Below are positions 11,360 through 24,970 of a stretch of 64,000 nucleotides of DNA, in pieces. The stretch's first letter is position 1. Each line of letters opens with the position of its first letter. Source of the stretch: Welwitschia mirabilis (taxonomy: Eukaryota); the NCBI GenBank assembly GCA_051453625.1, contig JBOZIK010000001.1:32001112-32065111 (forward strand), written 5' to 3'. Below the pieces are notes generated by a model that ran no database searches, was not told the DNA's origin, and was given only the letters and a program-made list of their open reading frames with translations. The position numbers and the translations under genes are program-made.

Positions 11360-14300
11360 TATTAAGGCTTGTACACACTGTGGTTCCACACCTATAAATG
11401 CATGAAAACCATAGTGGTTTACTTACCTTTATAAAGAAATTTCTTCATGAAATAATAAGAGGAAAAAAATAAAATTTAGTTTTTAAGAAATCTACTGTCT
11501 TGATCTTAGAACTCTTTTTCTTAATAAGTGGTATCAAAGACATGTTTTACTCTAAGACTTGCTCTAACGACTACTTTTTCACCTTCAAATGGCTATTTTT
11601 TAAAATTTTTTTTAAAAAAATATTATTTTTATAATTGTTTTTTATTTTAACCAACAAGTATATTTTCAACCAATGTCTTCTCCTTTTTTAAATGTTTTTA
11701 ATGTTTGATTTTTTTATTTTGGCTGAAGAGGGGCCTCATGTTTGCCTATATGATTGCTGCTACTTTCCATTTTTTAGCTTGTGCATTTTTGAACCTACAC
11801 TTCTGTCACATACTTGTGTATTAGTGCTTTCCACTCATCAACCCCAACACTTATAGGGCTTCTTACCAATCTACTCACTACCCTATAGTCACTCTATTTT
11901 GCATTTGGTACTACCTGCATCACGTTCATCCATGATGTCTTCTTTTTATGTACTCTATCTCCTTCTACTGAGCTCTCTATGCTTAATGCATTAGATCCAT
12001 GATTTACTAACCTCCTATTACACTTGTATTACTTAGTTTCTTGCCAGTTCTATGTTAGAGGATTTCCTCTATCGTCTGCATCATCCATCATCTATTCTTA
12101 CTCTTTTTACCAAATGAGTTATTACACTTTCGTAGCCTTTCATTCAGCTACAGTTTTTGTGTGATCTTTGCCTGCTCTTGTCCACACACCTACTTAAAGG
12201 AGTCTCCATTAATGCCTTCTCACATTTCTACCTACAAGCATTTCCCTCTTACATCACATTATGCTGCCTTTGTCTAACACCTTCACCATCTCTTATATCT
12301 CTTTGCATTTGCCTTCTGTTAGTACCTATCATCTATCATGTGTCTATAGTACATCCATTAAAGTTATTTTAATTTTTTTCATGAAGTGTATTATCATCAA
12401 CATAACATTGACATAATGGTTTTCATGAAGAAAGAGGTTTGAACTTTGATTTATAGTGGAGAAAAAATGAATTTTTTAAGAAATTTATGCTCTTTAAAAT
12501 TTTCTATTATGTGTACATGTGATTTTGTGCGAGCTTTTTCTAATTTCTGCACACACAGAAAATTGCTAGCTAATTGCTAGGTTTTAGATTAATTGTCCAC
12601 ACATCTGTTTAGCTGAGTTATTACTTAGCCATTAGCTTAGTCTCGCACACATAAGTGTTTTTTTATTTTTAACTAAGCTATTTTTGGACTTTTTTTTGTT
12701 TTCTTGAATTTTTAAGCATTTTTCACATTTGTAATCCATGAACTCAGTTCTTAAGCATTTTTTGGTGCTTGTAAAGTTTTTTGGACATTTTCATAATCAT
12801 TATCAGGCCTTAACCTCATTTTCTTCTCAATAAGTTAAGCTGGAAATATGGAGCATGACCCACTTGACTTGATTTTTTCTTTGACCTAAACCTAAGTTTC
12901 GTAATTTGGGTAGATTAAGCTAAGTTTAGGATGTTAAAAAAGATCCACTTAGTTTAATTATACTAAGTGATGTTTTCCTTTACTTTTTCTCACATTTAAA
13001 ATTTAAATTTTATGATTAAGATTTAAAATTAAAAATTAATTTCATTCTTAAATACATCACATTTTTCCACTAGCAATAAGTCTTAGTTAGTAACAGGTAT
13101 GGGGAGCCATATGTAGACATGGATTCATGTTAGGATAGCTATCTTCTGAGCTTATTATATAGTATTTATCTACCTTAATTATGAATTTTGAGCCATACAA
13201 AGAGCCATGTATATCTTAAGTGGAAATGTCCTAGGTGTCCCAAGGTCTAGATTTATGCATATGTCTTAGTAATCAAAGGTATATTAGGTGAAGACCAGAG
13301 TCATAGTGGTAGGATCTACATGAATTTTATTATCAAGTCAATAAGAAGTTATAAGTATAATCCATTATAAAATTTATTAAGCCTAAGGGATAAGTGAATG
13401 TTGACATTACATGGTACTCTCTCTTAAGGGGATATATAGCTGAATTAATTGAAATTGACTGATAGCTTGGATGACCCACTAAGATGCTACACATTTTATC
13501 CTTTTACTCCCTTGGAAGACAAGGGTACCATCCTTGGAAAGGATATGATTACTATTTATATTCAAGAGCAAACTTTAAAATTAATAAATCTATGTTTTCA
13601 TCACTCAATAATCAAATTAGATCCCTTGAATTAAAATTCACCTTGCTTACATGAAGAACTTTTTAGTAAAATACATTTGATTATTCTTGTGCATGTAGAT
13701 TTTTCATAGTTTAAGGGGTTTATCTTGATTATCATACATTATAATTTAGATAGATCACTCATATTTTTAGGATTAGTTCCTTTTTACTATGACTATAACT
13801 CTCTGTTGTGACTTCTTTTTCTTTGCATTGTAAGTTGAATAGATTACTTGAACTTATGGATGAGAGAGAAACCCATTTTTCCTATGACTATACCATTGTT
13901 TTCAATTATTTAAAGGTTTTCTTTTGTTATCTTTCAATTTTTTTTTTTTTTTTGGTATTGAATAGATTACTTTTTAGTAGTGAATGTGAGCAAGATCCCT
14001 CTGGAATTTAACTTTACCTCATAACTTATTAAACCTTTTCTNNNNNNNNNNNNNNNNNNNNNNNNNNNNNNNNNNNNNNNNNNNNNNNNNNNNNNNNNNN
14101 NNNNNNNNNNNNNNNNNNNNNNNNNNNNNNNNNNNNNNNNNCTCTGGAATTTAACTTTACCTCATAACTTATTAAACATTTTCTTTATCTTCTTAACATT
14201 TATCATGGCTACATTATCAAAAGGTAGACTTTAGGTTTTCTCAAATAGCGTCAGGATCTATTAACTACCAAAATAATAGCAAATATTAGGATGACCTTAT

Positions 14301-14489
14301 ATGATAATTAGGTTGGAAGAATTAGAATGAAGACTTAATACCTATAATGTACATTTATGAATTTAGTAGAGATTTTTTCAAAGAAGTGCATGTTCATCTT
14401 CAAAATCTAGATGAAGAAGATGCATGACAAGCCATTAATTGCAAGCTCACATAGATAATGTAAAAATCAGTGGCCACTTTGCACAAAAA
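11360..14489 (+). mobile_element. Copia family 'B' 5' fragment: LTR 11360-11526, PBS 11529-11540, long leader, start of gag, ending at an N gap
   Basis: PBS is TGGTATCAAAGA. 12340-14489 is colinear with 19600-21606, for example aaaatcagtggccactttgcacaaaaa occurs in both. Confidence 0.85.
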
Positions 14490-14590
14490 NNNNNNNNNNN
14501 NNNNNNNNNNNNNNNNNNNNNNNNNNNNNNNNNNNNNNNNNNNNNNNNNNNNNNNNNNNNNNNNNNNNNNNNNNNNNNNNNNNNNNNNNA

Positions 14591-16345
14591 TACTTAACAT
14601 TGTAAACTAGTTTTCTCCTTCTATCGGGTTTTCTTTAAGGAAATTTGATTCAAAAAAAATAAATTCAAAAGGAGAATTTTGTGCACTTAAAGATTTCTTT
14701 TCCAATTCGTTCTCGATGTCTACTAGTCCTTTTCTAATGTTCTTTTCTATCAACAACCTTTTTTTTTATATTTCTTCTCTAGATTAACCATATCACAACA
14801 TCTTGCAAATAGAAAATAGCAGAAAATAGATTAAGAATAATGCTGTCATTCTATTTGTCAGGGAACGATAGAAGAAATAACTAATAGAGAAAGCAAAAAA
14901 ATAAAAATAGAGTAGAAAGCCGAATGCTCAAAGGAAATGCTATCTGTCATCTACCTTATCATCCAAATGGTAAAGGATATGATAGTGAGTAATTTATTTA
15001 TTAAAATACAAACACAAAAAACCAAAAACAAAAACTAAAATTATAGATTTTCATCCTAGTCATCATGGAAAATGATAGAGAGAATAATCACTATTTTATT
15101 ATCAAAAACAAAGACTGAACAAATACAAATAGAAAAAATATAGTTTCTAAATAAAATATAATGGTACTATGAATAAATAATCAAATAAAAATCTAATATA
15201 CTCACCTAAATAATGACAAATCTCATACTCCTCAGTAGCATTCCCTAGTAATGTCACTAATTTTTTGTGGTGCATATTTGTACAAGTTCTTTATACTCAA
15301 AAAGATTCTATCATTCATAAAAAAAAATAGCTTTCTCACATAATACAACAAACTAGTATGAGTGGGCATCAATTCGAATGTTGTATTCTCATTGAAGACT
15401 ATGAGACAAGACTTGGATTGCTTTCAAAAAATAAATAGAACCAAAAATAAAGAATAATGCAGAAAATAAAATGTGCAATACAAATGCAAAATGCAACCTA
15501 ATTCTAAATGCAACACAAAATGAAACTATACTATTTGCTTTTAGCCTTAACAAAGGCTGCCCTTGATGATATATATCACCCAAGAAATTATCACTAGATT
15601 AAGAATAATATAAACCATAAGGGTCATCTGATAAAATAATATATAATAAAGAAAATAGTATCTATATTAAAAAGATAATAGCATCTAGGTTACAAAATAG
15701 TCAAGCTTTAATAGAAGATGCACAGCTCTCCACTAAAGAAATGTCTTTCTACAACACTCAAGGTGGATCTATCATGCTTCAATCTCTTATTACAAGAATT
15801 TCTAGTGTAACGAAAATAGAGATGAGAGTTAAAGGGGTACTTATTTGTAATAAAACATAGCAGAAAATGACAAAATAAGGTACTCTAAAAATGCACTCTT
15901 TTACAAATAAGAAATGGATGAAATGAGCAAAGATCGACTGTTAAAGTTAGTTACATATTAGTATCATCCTGAGTGTCATCCGAATAACATGGGGGATGAC
16001 ATCTCATTAAAAAAGATAACTCAGAATAATAACTCTATAGTGATTCAATAGTCCACATCAGTAATTAATAGTTTTATTCTCCTATATGTCATGAGGACAA
16101 CAGAGGAGATGATAATATTCTTTGATCATTTTACAAAGGAAAAACTACCTTTCTATCAATAATCTTCCTTCAAGGCTCCATGTATCAAAATATGCCTTAA
16201 ATGCATTAAATCTAGGTGATAATACACATTTCTAAGATCTTATATTAATTCTCCAAAATCCTTAGAATTGCACCTAAACCTATATAAAAGTCCTACAAAA
16301 TAACTCATAAAGCCCATTAAATAACCGCAAATTGGCAGTGCAACA
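14591..16345 (-). mobile_element. Athila-type gypsy 5' end: LTR 15266-16345, degenerate PBS 15242-15259, leader
   Basis: The LTR begins TGTTGCAC and ends CCACA. It is followed by TAGTGACATTACTAGGGA, consistent with a deaminated TGGCGCCGTTGCCGGGGA-type PBS. Confidence 0.65.
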
Positions 16346-17300
16346 AGGTTTATCAAGAAATATGCTCCTTCTTATTCACAACAAGAATTAAGTTGAGCTA
16401 AGTTTTAATCTAGAACCTAGATTTTAGGCTAAAAATATGCTTAATCTAATGAAGCAAAAATGAAGATGAGAAGGTGTAGTAGGGTCTTGAAGAGGTTTGC
16501 TAAGAAAAATACTCCTCCTCTTTTATAATAAGAATTAGATTAAGCTAAGGTTTAATCCAAAACGTAGATTCTATATTAATAACATGCTTAACCTAATGAA
16601 GAGAATGTAAAGATACTAAGGCACAAAACAGATGCTAAGACATTTGTTAAGGAAGACACTCCTCCTTTTCATAGTAAGAATAAGGTTGATTTGAGTTGTA
16701 ATTTAAAACCTAGGTTCTAGATTAATAACATGCTTAACCTAATAAAGTAAATAAAAAGATAAAAAGACATAGTAGGGACTTAGGAAAGTTTGTATAGAAA
16801 GATACTTCTTCTCTTTCATAATAAGAATTAGGTTGATCTAAGGTTTAATCTAGAATTTAAACTCTAGATTAAGAATGTGCAAAACCTAATGAAGTGAATG
16901 CAAAGATGAAAATACATAGCAAAAAATCAAAGAACTTCATCAAGAAAGACACTCCTCCTCTTTCATGATAAGAATTAGGTTGAGCTGAGATCAACCTAAA
17001 ATATAAGTTCTAGGTTAATAACATGCTGTACCTTATGAATTGAATGCAAAGATGAGAAAGCATTGTAGGGATTCAAGGACATTTTTAGATTAAGTTAAGA
17101 TTTATTCTAGGACTAATATTTTGAATTAATAAAGTACTTAATCTATTGAATTCTTTAAATTAGTTTAAGCTAAGGTTTAATTCAAAACCTGGCTTCTAAA
17201 GTAATAAAGTGCTTAATATAATGATTGATAAACATGAGATTGATTAAATATTTAATGTAAAACTATGATTATAAATTAATAAGTATCTTAATCTAATTAA
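16346..17300 (+). repeat. Diverged 147-bp tandem array (~5 units) followed by ~3 shorter half-units
   Basis: The aagaat anchor recurs at 16383, 16530, 16676, 16823 and 16970. Units share ctcctcct and cttaa(t/c)ctaatgaa. Confidence 0.9.
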
Positions 17301-20300
17301 TGCAAAATATTTGATGATATCACATACTACTGAATTTCAAGAAACTAATCAGGTATGTATTTCAGTTATTTTATTAATATGATACCATTTTTTCTATTAA
17401 TATGAAGGAAGATGATGACTCTGAAGAGTAAAAAGATCTTGAGATAATTTAATATTTTTTTAGATTAATTTTTAATTAGTTTAATATCTCTTTAATTAAC
17501 TTCAAATAGTTTAATGAATATTTAAAAAGCAAAGGTCCTTAAATAGGTATTCTTCATACTTTATTTAATATCTTCATTAAGTAGGTAATACATGTAATCA
17601 TAAAACACTTATTAAACGATAATAAAACTATAAATTATGAAACTTACCTCATCTATATCATTGAATCATCATCTATAATCTATCTTACATGGTTTTCTAA
17701 AATCATAGTGATCTCCTACTTTACCAACTTCCACACTTTCCATTCTTCTCTCGAAGCTTTGTCTAATACCATAAAGGTTAAAAGATGCTTATTTTAACTT
17801 CATACTTATCTAAATAAATATGTGCATCTAGAGTGTTGAATCTTCTCACAAGTAACTATTATGATAATAATGTTATATATCCATCCTATTCTTCTTACAG
17901 AACTATCCATGAGGTGCTTCATGCCTTAGATTCATTTATACTAGAAGATGAAGGTAGAGATAGGTTTCTTAATAGGGTCATATCTTCATGATTTAGTTTG
18001 ATTATTTATCATCTTGCTAGTAAATACCTAAGGCTAAGAGTAGAAGAATTTCATCTACAAATTGATTATGAAGAGTCAAGATACGATGTTGCATTAGGAA
18101 AGTTAGCTAGATAATTGTAGGAGTTAGAAAGAATAGTCAATTAATTATAAGGCATAAATATAAAACTTAGCTGATAACATTTAGCTTTAATAAAGATAAT
18201 ATTAAGAGATTAATTTGGAATATAAGAAGAAACTAGAAGGGGATTATTGAAAATTTTAATGAAGGGAATCATTACAAAAGGGATTACTACTAAGATTAGT
18301 ATACACCACAATTCCATATCTAGAAATACGTAAAAATCCTAGTGGTGTGCTTTCCTATTTAAGAAATTTATCTATTGAATAAAGGAAGTAAGAAATAAAA
18401 TTTATGATTTGGAAATCTTGTGCTCTTATTTTTTTAACCCTCTTATTTTCTAAAAATTAGTATCAGAGATTTTAAGCTAGGGTTCCTAGAGCTTGTTGGT
18501 CATTGTTAAGTTTTATAGAACTTCTTCTAACCTTTATTTTCTTTTTCCATTTTTTTCTTAGGGAGCTTGCATGTCCCATTACATGCTTTGTACATTCTTT
18601 AGAGTGTGTTAGATCTATTTTATAAGTTTTAGTTATTTGAAAGTAGCATTGGAGACTAATTTTCTTGAAGTTTCCTATGATATCCCTCTTTCCCTATAGT
18701 CATTAAATTCTAAGGCCTTTTTATGCCTCCTGTTGGCTCACTTTTGAGCTTGTTTTGACTTTTTTTTGTCTTATTTTTAAAGTTTGTTCAAGTTTCTAAA
18801 TATTTCTTTGAATATTTTTAATACTATAGAGCTCAGCTATCTTTAACTCATGTAGTTTTCTTCATTGCCTATCTACCACATCCATTGCTACTGTTGCATA
18901 CACCTTATGCATGTTAGCCTTTATGCCACTAAACTGTGCCTTGCTCTAATGCCTCAATCTATTATGTGCTTCTTTCTATTGTGATAATCACTTTGGTTAC
19001 CCCTGTACATAGCTTGATCTGCTTGTGACCACATCATATGCCTAGGCATAACTACCAAATCATTTTCTTGCCTTTCCACTAATTTTCTTATTCTTAACCT
19101 TGTCCATCCAGTACCTTGTGCCTTTATTTGTGCTCAACTATATTGCCTTCCTATGCTTGTATATTGATACCTCCCTATACTACTCCAAATTTTTCCCTAT
19201 TGGCTGGTGTTATTTTCATCTATGATACTCTATCTTTCCACATGCTATGGCTTATCATTGCTTATCATGGTTCTTTAATCACTAGCTCTTTATCTATCTA
19301 TGTTCTATCAGCTCTTTGTTAATGCATCAACTCTATTTGTCACTATAATTCTGATCCATCTTGTATTTTATTTTTCTTATCTACCGATCGTGGTTCTCCC
19401 ATATGTAATTGGGCTTGACCCTTATCCACTTCACTTCTATATGGTCTATGTGCTACTCTCTATAATCTGTACTACCTAATTGCATTCTTTAGTAGTATAG
19501 ATTTAGCACCACTGCATTGGTGCTTACCCCTAGTACATCATCATTCTACTTATGCATTTCTTAGTATTATTCTTCCTATTGGCTAACAAGCCTATCCATT
19601 ACTGTTTACTATTAATTTTAGTATTTTTTTCCTATTTGTTGAAGCTTATCATCCAACTTTGAATTGAAATCCATTTTTATTTTTCTAATCTAATTTTTGT
19701 TCATCAATAAATTATTAGTATGATGGTTAAAGCATTAGTTTATCATAGCAATTCTTAGTAGTTTATAAAACCAAATTTTTTTCAAAATTTATGCTGGCTA
19801 TTTCTAATTAGTGCATACGTGTGAAATTTCTTAGCCATTATTATTTTTAGTGCACATGTAGTTTAGTTAGCTATTGCTTAGCCATTGTTCCTATTTATGC
19901 ATACTAGCCGTTTTAAGCATTTTTGTTATTTTAGGTCATTTTCTTAATTTTCTTGAGTTTTGTGGGCAATTTCTAAACTTATAAGTCCCTTACCTTAGTT
20001 TTTAAGCATAGTTTTTATGCACTTAAAGGATTTTTGGGATTGTTTTACTAATTGAAATCCCTTAACCTTTTTTCTTTTTTCATTAAGTCAAGTTTGAGAT
20101 GTGGAGCAAATTCCAATTGACTTAATTTTTTTTTCATTTAGACTATTTTTGTGATTTGTATGTTATGAGGTAAGTGTAGGATGTTGAATAAAATCCACTT
20201 AGCTTAGCTATAGTAGATCAGACCCTATCCTCATGTTTGTTTTTGGTGTTTTTCCCCTTTCTCTTTCTCATACTAGCATTTAATTTTTTTGTAATTAAGG

Positions 20301-21301
20301 TTAAAATTGAAAATTACTTTCACCTCTAAACACATCAAATTCTACATTAATAATAATTTTTAGTTAGTGGCCAGTAGGAAATCCTTATTTGGATAGAGAT
20401 TTAGATTATGCTACACTACCCTTTGAGCTTATTACACAGTTTTAACTAACTTAACTTCTCTTAAGTGAAAATGTTCCAGATGCCCTAAGGTCTAGTTTCC
20501 TACATATGTCTTAGTACTTAAGGCTATATTAGGTGAAATCTAAAGGCATGGTAGTATGGTCTACATGGATTTCATCACTAAGTTAATAGGAAGTTATAAG
20601 TGTAATCAATCTTAAAATTTACTAAGGTATAAGTAGATCACAAAAATTACATGATACTACCCCTTAAGGAGGTATATAGTTAAGGTAATTAAAACTGATC
20701 CATGACTTAGATGTCTCACTGAGATGATTCACATTTTTGTCCTTTTACTCCCTTAGAAGACAAGGATACCATCCTAGAGAAGATGTGATCACTACCTGGA
20801 TTTAGAAGTAGACCTTAAAACTGATAAATCTACCTTTTCATAAGCTAATAATCAAATGATGCCCCTTCATGTTAAAATTTACCTTTCTTTTATTAAAATA
20901 TCTTAATAAATAACCTTGTTTGTTCTTGTACATCTATATTTTTCATGGTTTATGGGGTATTTATCTTGATTGTTATACATTTTCATTTGGATAGATCACT
21001 TGGATTTTTAAGATTAATTCCTTTTTGTTGTAACTATACCTCTCTGTCATGATCTCCTTTTTATTTTATTTATTTTTCATTATCACTTAGATAGATTACT
21101 TTAAACTTGTGGATGTGAATAAGATCCCTTTTTCAAGTTACTATACCATTTTCTCCTTTCTTTGGATTTTTGAATGAGTTTTTAATGTGTTAGAGAGATT
21201 TTTTTCCCCTCTTTTAGTAGTAGAAGTGTGCAAGATCCTTCTAGAATTTAACTTTACCTCACAACTTGTTAATTTTTATTCTCTTTTTTTGAATATTCAT
21301 C

Positions 21302-24300
21302 ATGACCTTAACATTGTAAGGTAGATTACAAATCTTACCAAAGAGCTTCACACCCATTTTAACTAACACCTATTTAACTACCAGAATCATGTCCAATCTT
21401 AGGATGATCTTATATGATGATCAAAATTGGGAGGATTGAAATGAGAATTTTATTTCAAAAATGCACATATATGGTTTTGATATAGATTTTTGTTTAAAAG
21501 AAGAGCATGTCCATCTTCAAGATTCAAATGAAGAAAAGGTATGGACAGCTATTAATCGCAAGCTCATGGAGATAATACAAAAATCAGTGGCCACTTTGCA
21601 CAAAAATTTGGTTGATAGAAGTAAGTTTAATTATACCAACTATTGTACTTTATGTGATAAAATTCATGCAAAGAATGATCTAGAACTGATTAATCTCATC
21701 ACGAGCATGAACAACCTTTATTATAAAAGGGGGAAATGCATAAGCTTGTAGCTTAAATGATAGATATTAAGGCAAGGGTTAATAAGATAGATCGAGTAAA
21801 TAAAGTATGAATTCATTACATCAACTTGGTTCATTACTATTTAGAGGATTTATATTTTGTATCTATATTCTATCTCTTTATGGAAGTAAGTGGCTAACTA
21901 ATATGAATTTGACATGCTTAGTAATGATCTTATTGTCATAGAAGCACAATTTAACTTCCTAGATTCCTTAGTCTCTGATGCGGTATTTGAAGTTTATCAT
22001 TCTTGAGGACTTCTTTATCAACATAAATAGTCTTCTAGCAACTCTCATTCACTTAAGGTATTGCATCATGAAAAGTATAAGAATCCATAGAAAGAGCCAA
22101 CTATGAAGCCTAATTAGACTCAGCCAAATAAGAAGTAATTAAATTTAGCATGTTGCTACTTTGAAAAAACAAATATTAGTGATAATGATGTAGAAGACAA
22201 GGTCATACTCTGGACTTTATGTTGGGTACCTTAGAATAAAATGGAATTTACACCTAACATCAATGTAATTACTAAAGAATATAAATCCCTTAATAATAAA
22301 AATTTTGAGTCACATGCAATTTTTGGTAACTGTAAATTTATGGATATGAGTGAGCACATACCTATTAACAAGACATGAATTCTTGACATAGATGTTACTT
22401 GTCATATAACCTATTGATGTAATTATTTTAATGACTTTGTCATAGCACCAAGTTAGGTTAATTTGGCAAATAAAACTCTAGTTCTAGTGGAAGGCTATGG
22501 TTTGATTACCCTTAACTTAACATTACTCTCTTCATAGACTCTTTATAATGTTTTGTATGTGAATTCTTTGAGGTTACATCTTCTATCTCTTTTCAATTTG
22601 GTACAAGAAGATGATGAAGCACTAAGTGGATATTTATGATTTCAATTAAGAACTGGTTATGAAAGTCTACATGAGTAGAAAGCTTATTTATCTTTAAGAT
22701 TATATCAAAATATGATAGATTGCTTACATAATTTCCTAAGATGAGATCTCTCCCTTACTACTGTGGCATGCTAGACTAGGACATCTTGTTATCGCATCAT
22801 GAATATGATGCATGAGAATGGCCACTAGCTTTTTTCATCCATTTCATAAAATTTTCCTTAGTGTGGTGTATGTCTAATTGGAAAATTAATTAGATAATGG
22901 TTTTCAACAAGTAAGTGATATGCTGATAGAAAATATTTACTTAGTCATAGTGAGCTATGTAAACTTATGCTAGTTTCCACTCCCCATAGCTTTTATTATT
23001 TTATATATTTTATTGATAACTATTCCTAGATGATTTAGATTTATTTTATCAAGTCCAAATATTAGACTTTAAACATTTTCAAAAAGTTTAAACTCAAAGT
23101 GAAAAAGCAATTTGATTGTATAATTAAGAGTTTTCACTCTGATAATGATGGTGAGTATACACCTATTGAGTTTAAGGACTTTCTTACTTCTACACAAATT
23201 TATCATTTAAAGATCTATCTTGGAACACCTTAATAAAATGGCATTTTTTAATAATTTAATTGCATAATTATGGATATGACACATTTCATAATGTAATTTA
23301 GTGGTTATAAGACCTATTTTTGGGGTGAATCAATGAATACAAATATGCATCTTCATAACTACATTGGTTGATACACTAAAAAAGGAGTATCTCTAGCTGA
23401 GAAATTATATGAGTTCAAGCTAAAACTGCACCACTTTTAGTATTTGATTGCAAGTGATATGTCCATATTGCACACAAAAATTATGAAAAATTTGGAGTAC
23501 ATGCTCATATTAGCATATTTTATGGGATATTCAATCAACCAGAAGGGTTATCGAGTTTATCTCCTAAAGCATTATAAGAGCATTATTTCTTGTAGCATCA
23601 TCTTTTCAAAGACTTCAATCAATGATTCTTAGCTTAATCTTTCAAAGCTCTATTTTTGCTCTAACATAGTAACTATTTTAGATGCTTAATATCCTATAGT
23701 TAAGGAGGGAGATGTAGCCACTAGTTCTACTCTAGTTTCTTCCATTAATATGACTTTTTTGTAACCTATAGGAATTGCGTAATTTGATGCGCTATGCACT
23801 CTTAATCATGGTTCCAATAGCAGTTTAGTAGGTTCTCTGACTGAAGAAGTTGAGGTTACCTATAAGCAATATCTAATTACTTGGTTATAATATACTCTTT
23901 AAGGTGTTCATAATAATGAAAAGGGTAAAACTAGAACTAGACATGGCTCACATACCTCTCATAATAATAATGATGATAAGCCCCATTTGAATGTTGAAGG
24001 TTAAGCAATCTCATGTAAAAATGCTATTCAACATCATCATTAGATAAAAGTCATCTAAGAAGAATATGATAATATTATTGAAAATGATACTTGGAAGTTA
24101 ATAAACCTTTATTAGGATGCACAAAATTACCAAACAAATGGATTTTCCATAATAAATATAATGTGGATAATACTCTTAAGCAACATAAAGCTTGGCTTAT
24201 TGCTATAGGCCTATGACAAGAGACAGAACTTGACTATAATAAGTTTTTACTTTAATAGAAAAATGGACTACCATTAGAATAGTAATTACCTTGGTAGCAA

Positions 24301-24668
24301 AAAAAGGATGGAAGATTTATCAATTGGATATAAAGATTGTCTTTCTTCATGGGGACTTAAAAGAAGAAATTTACATGACGCAACCAAAGGATTTTAAAGA
24401 AAGGCAAAGAATACAAAGTATATAAATTAATCAAGTAGAGCATGGTATAATAAGCTTGAAAATTATTTAAATTCCTTTGAATTCAGATTATGTAATTGTT
24501 AAGATGTGGATGTCACATTATTTAATAAATCTGATAAACACATAGTGGTATAGTAGATGATATGCTGATAACTAGAAGTGATGAAAAAGATGTGAAATAA
24601 AGAAAAATCACATTGAGTAGGTATTTAAGATTTCTAATATTTAATTGGCTAGAATCTCCCTAGGTGTA
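21302..24668 (+). pseudogene. Copia gag-PR-INT-RT (N-terminal part), many stops and frameshifts
   Basis: Motifs include *ILDIDVTCHIT (PR), LWHARLGHL (pre-INT), HSDNDGEY (INT), IVFLHGDLKEEIYMTQPKGF and VDDML (RT). It ends at LGV. Confidence 0.9.
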
Positions 24669-24684
24669 CTACTATAAATACAGG

Positions 24685-24970
24685 TTTTTAAGGAGTTTAT
24701 TTTGAAAAATGCCTTAAGTATAGAACTTTTTAAGACATTTATTTTAATAAATTCCTTAAATGAGGCTTACGAAAAAATTTTTAAGGTATTTTTTAAACAA
24801 ATGCCTTACAAAGCCATTTTGATTTATTTTTATGGCATTTTTTAAAGGAATACCTTAACAATAAAGCAACTTTTTAAGGCATTTACTGGAATGAACTCCT
24901 TAAATAACTTAAGTTTTTTAGGTGTTTAGAAGAAAAATGCCTTAATATTTTTAGGAATACCTACCCTTAA
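24685..24970. repeat. Left subterminal repeat array of the CACTA-like element
   Basis: About five inverted pairs of ttaaggcattt ... aaatgccttaa variants. Confidence 0.88.

Noticed and set aside
14000-14185. Direct repeats flanking N gaps (also 34106-34310)
   Set aside because: Near-identical sequence on both sides of a gap is typical contig-end overlap, not biology.
24685-24970. Repeat-spacer-like pattern suggesting CRISPR
   Set aside because: The context is eukaryotic with no cas genes. The repeats are short inverted pairs mirrored at the other end of the element, so they are transposon subterminal repeats.
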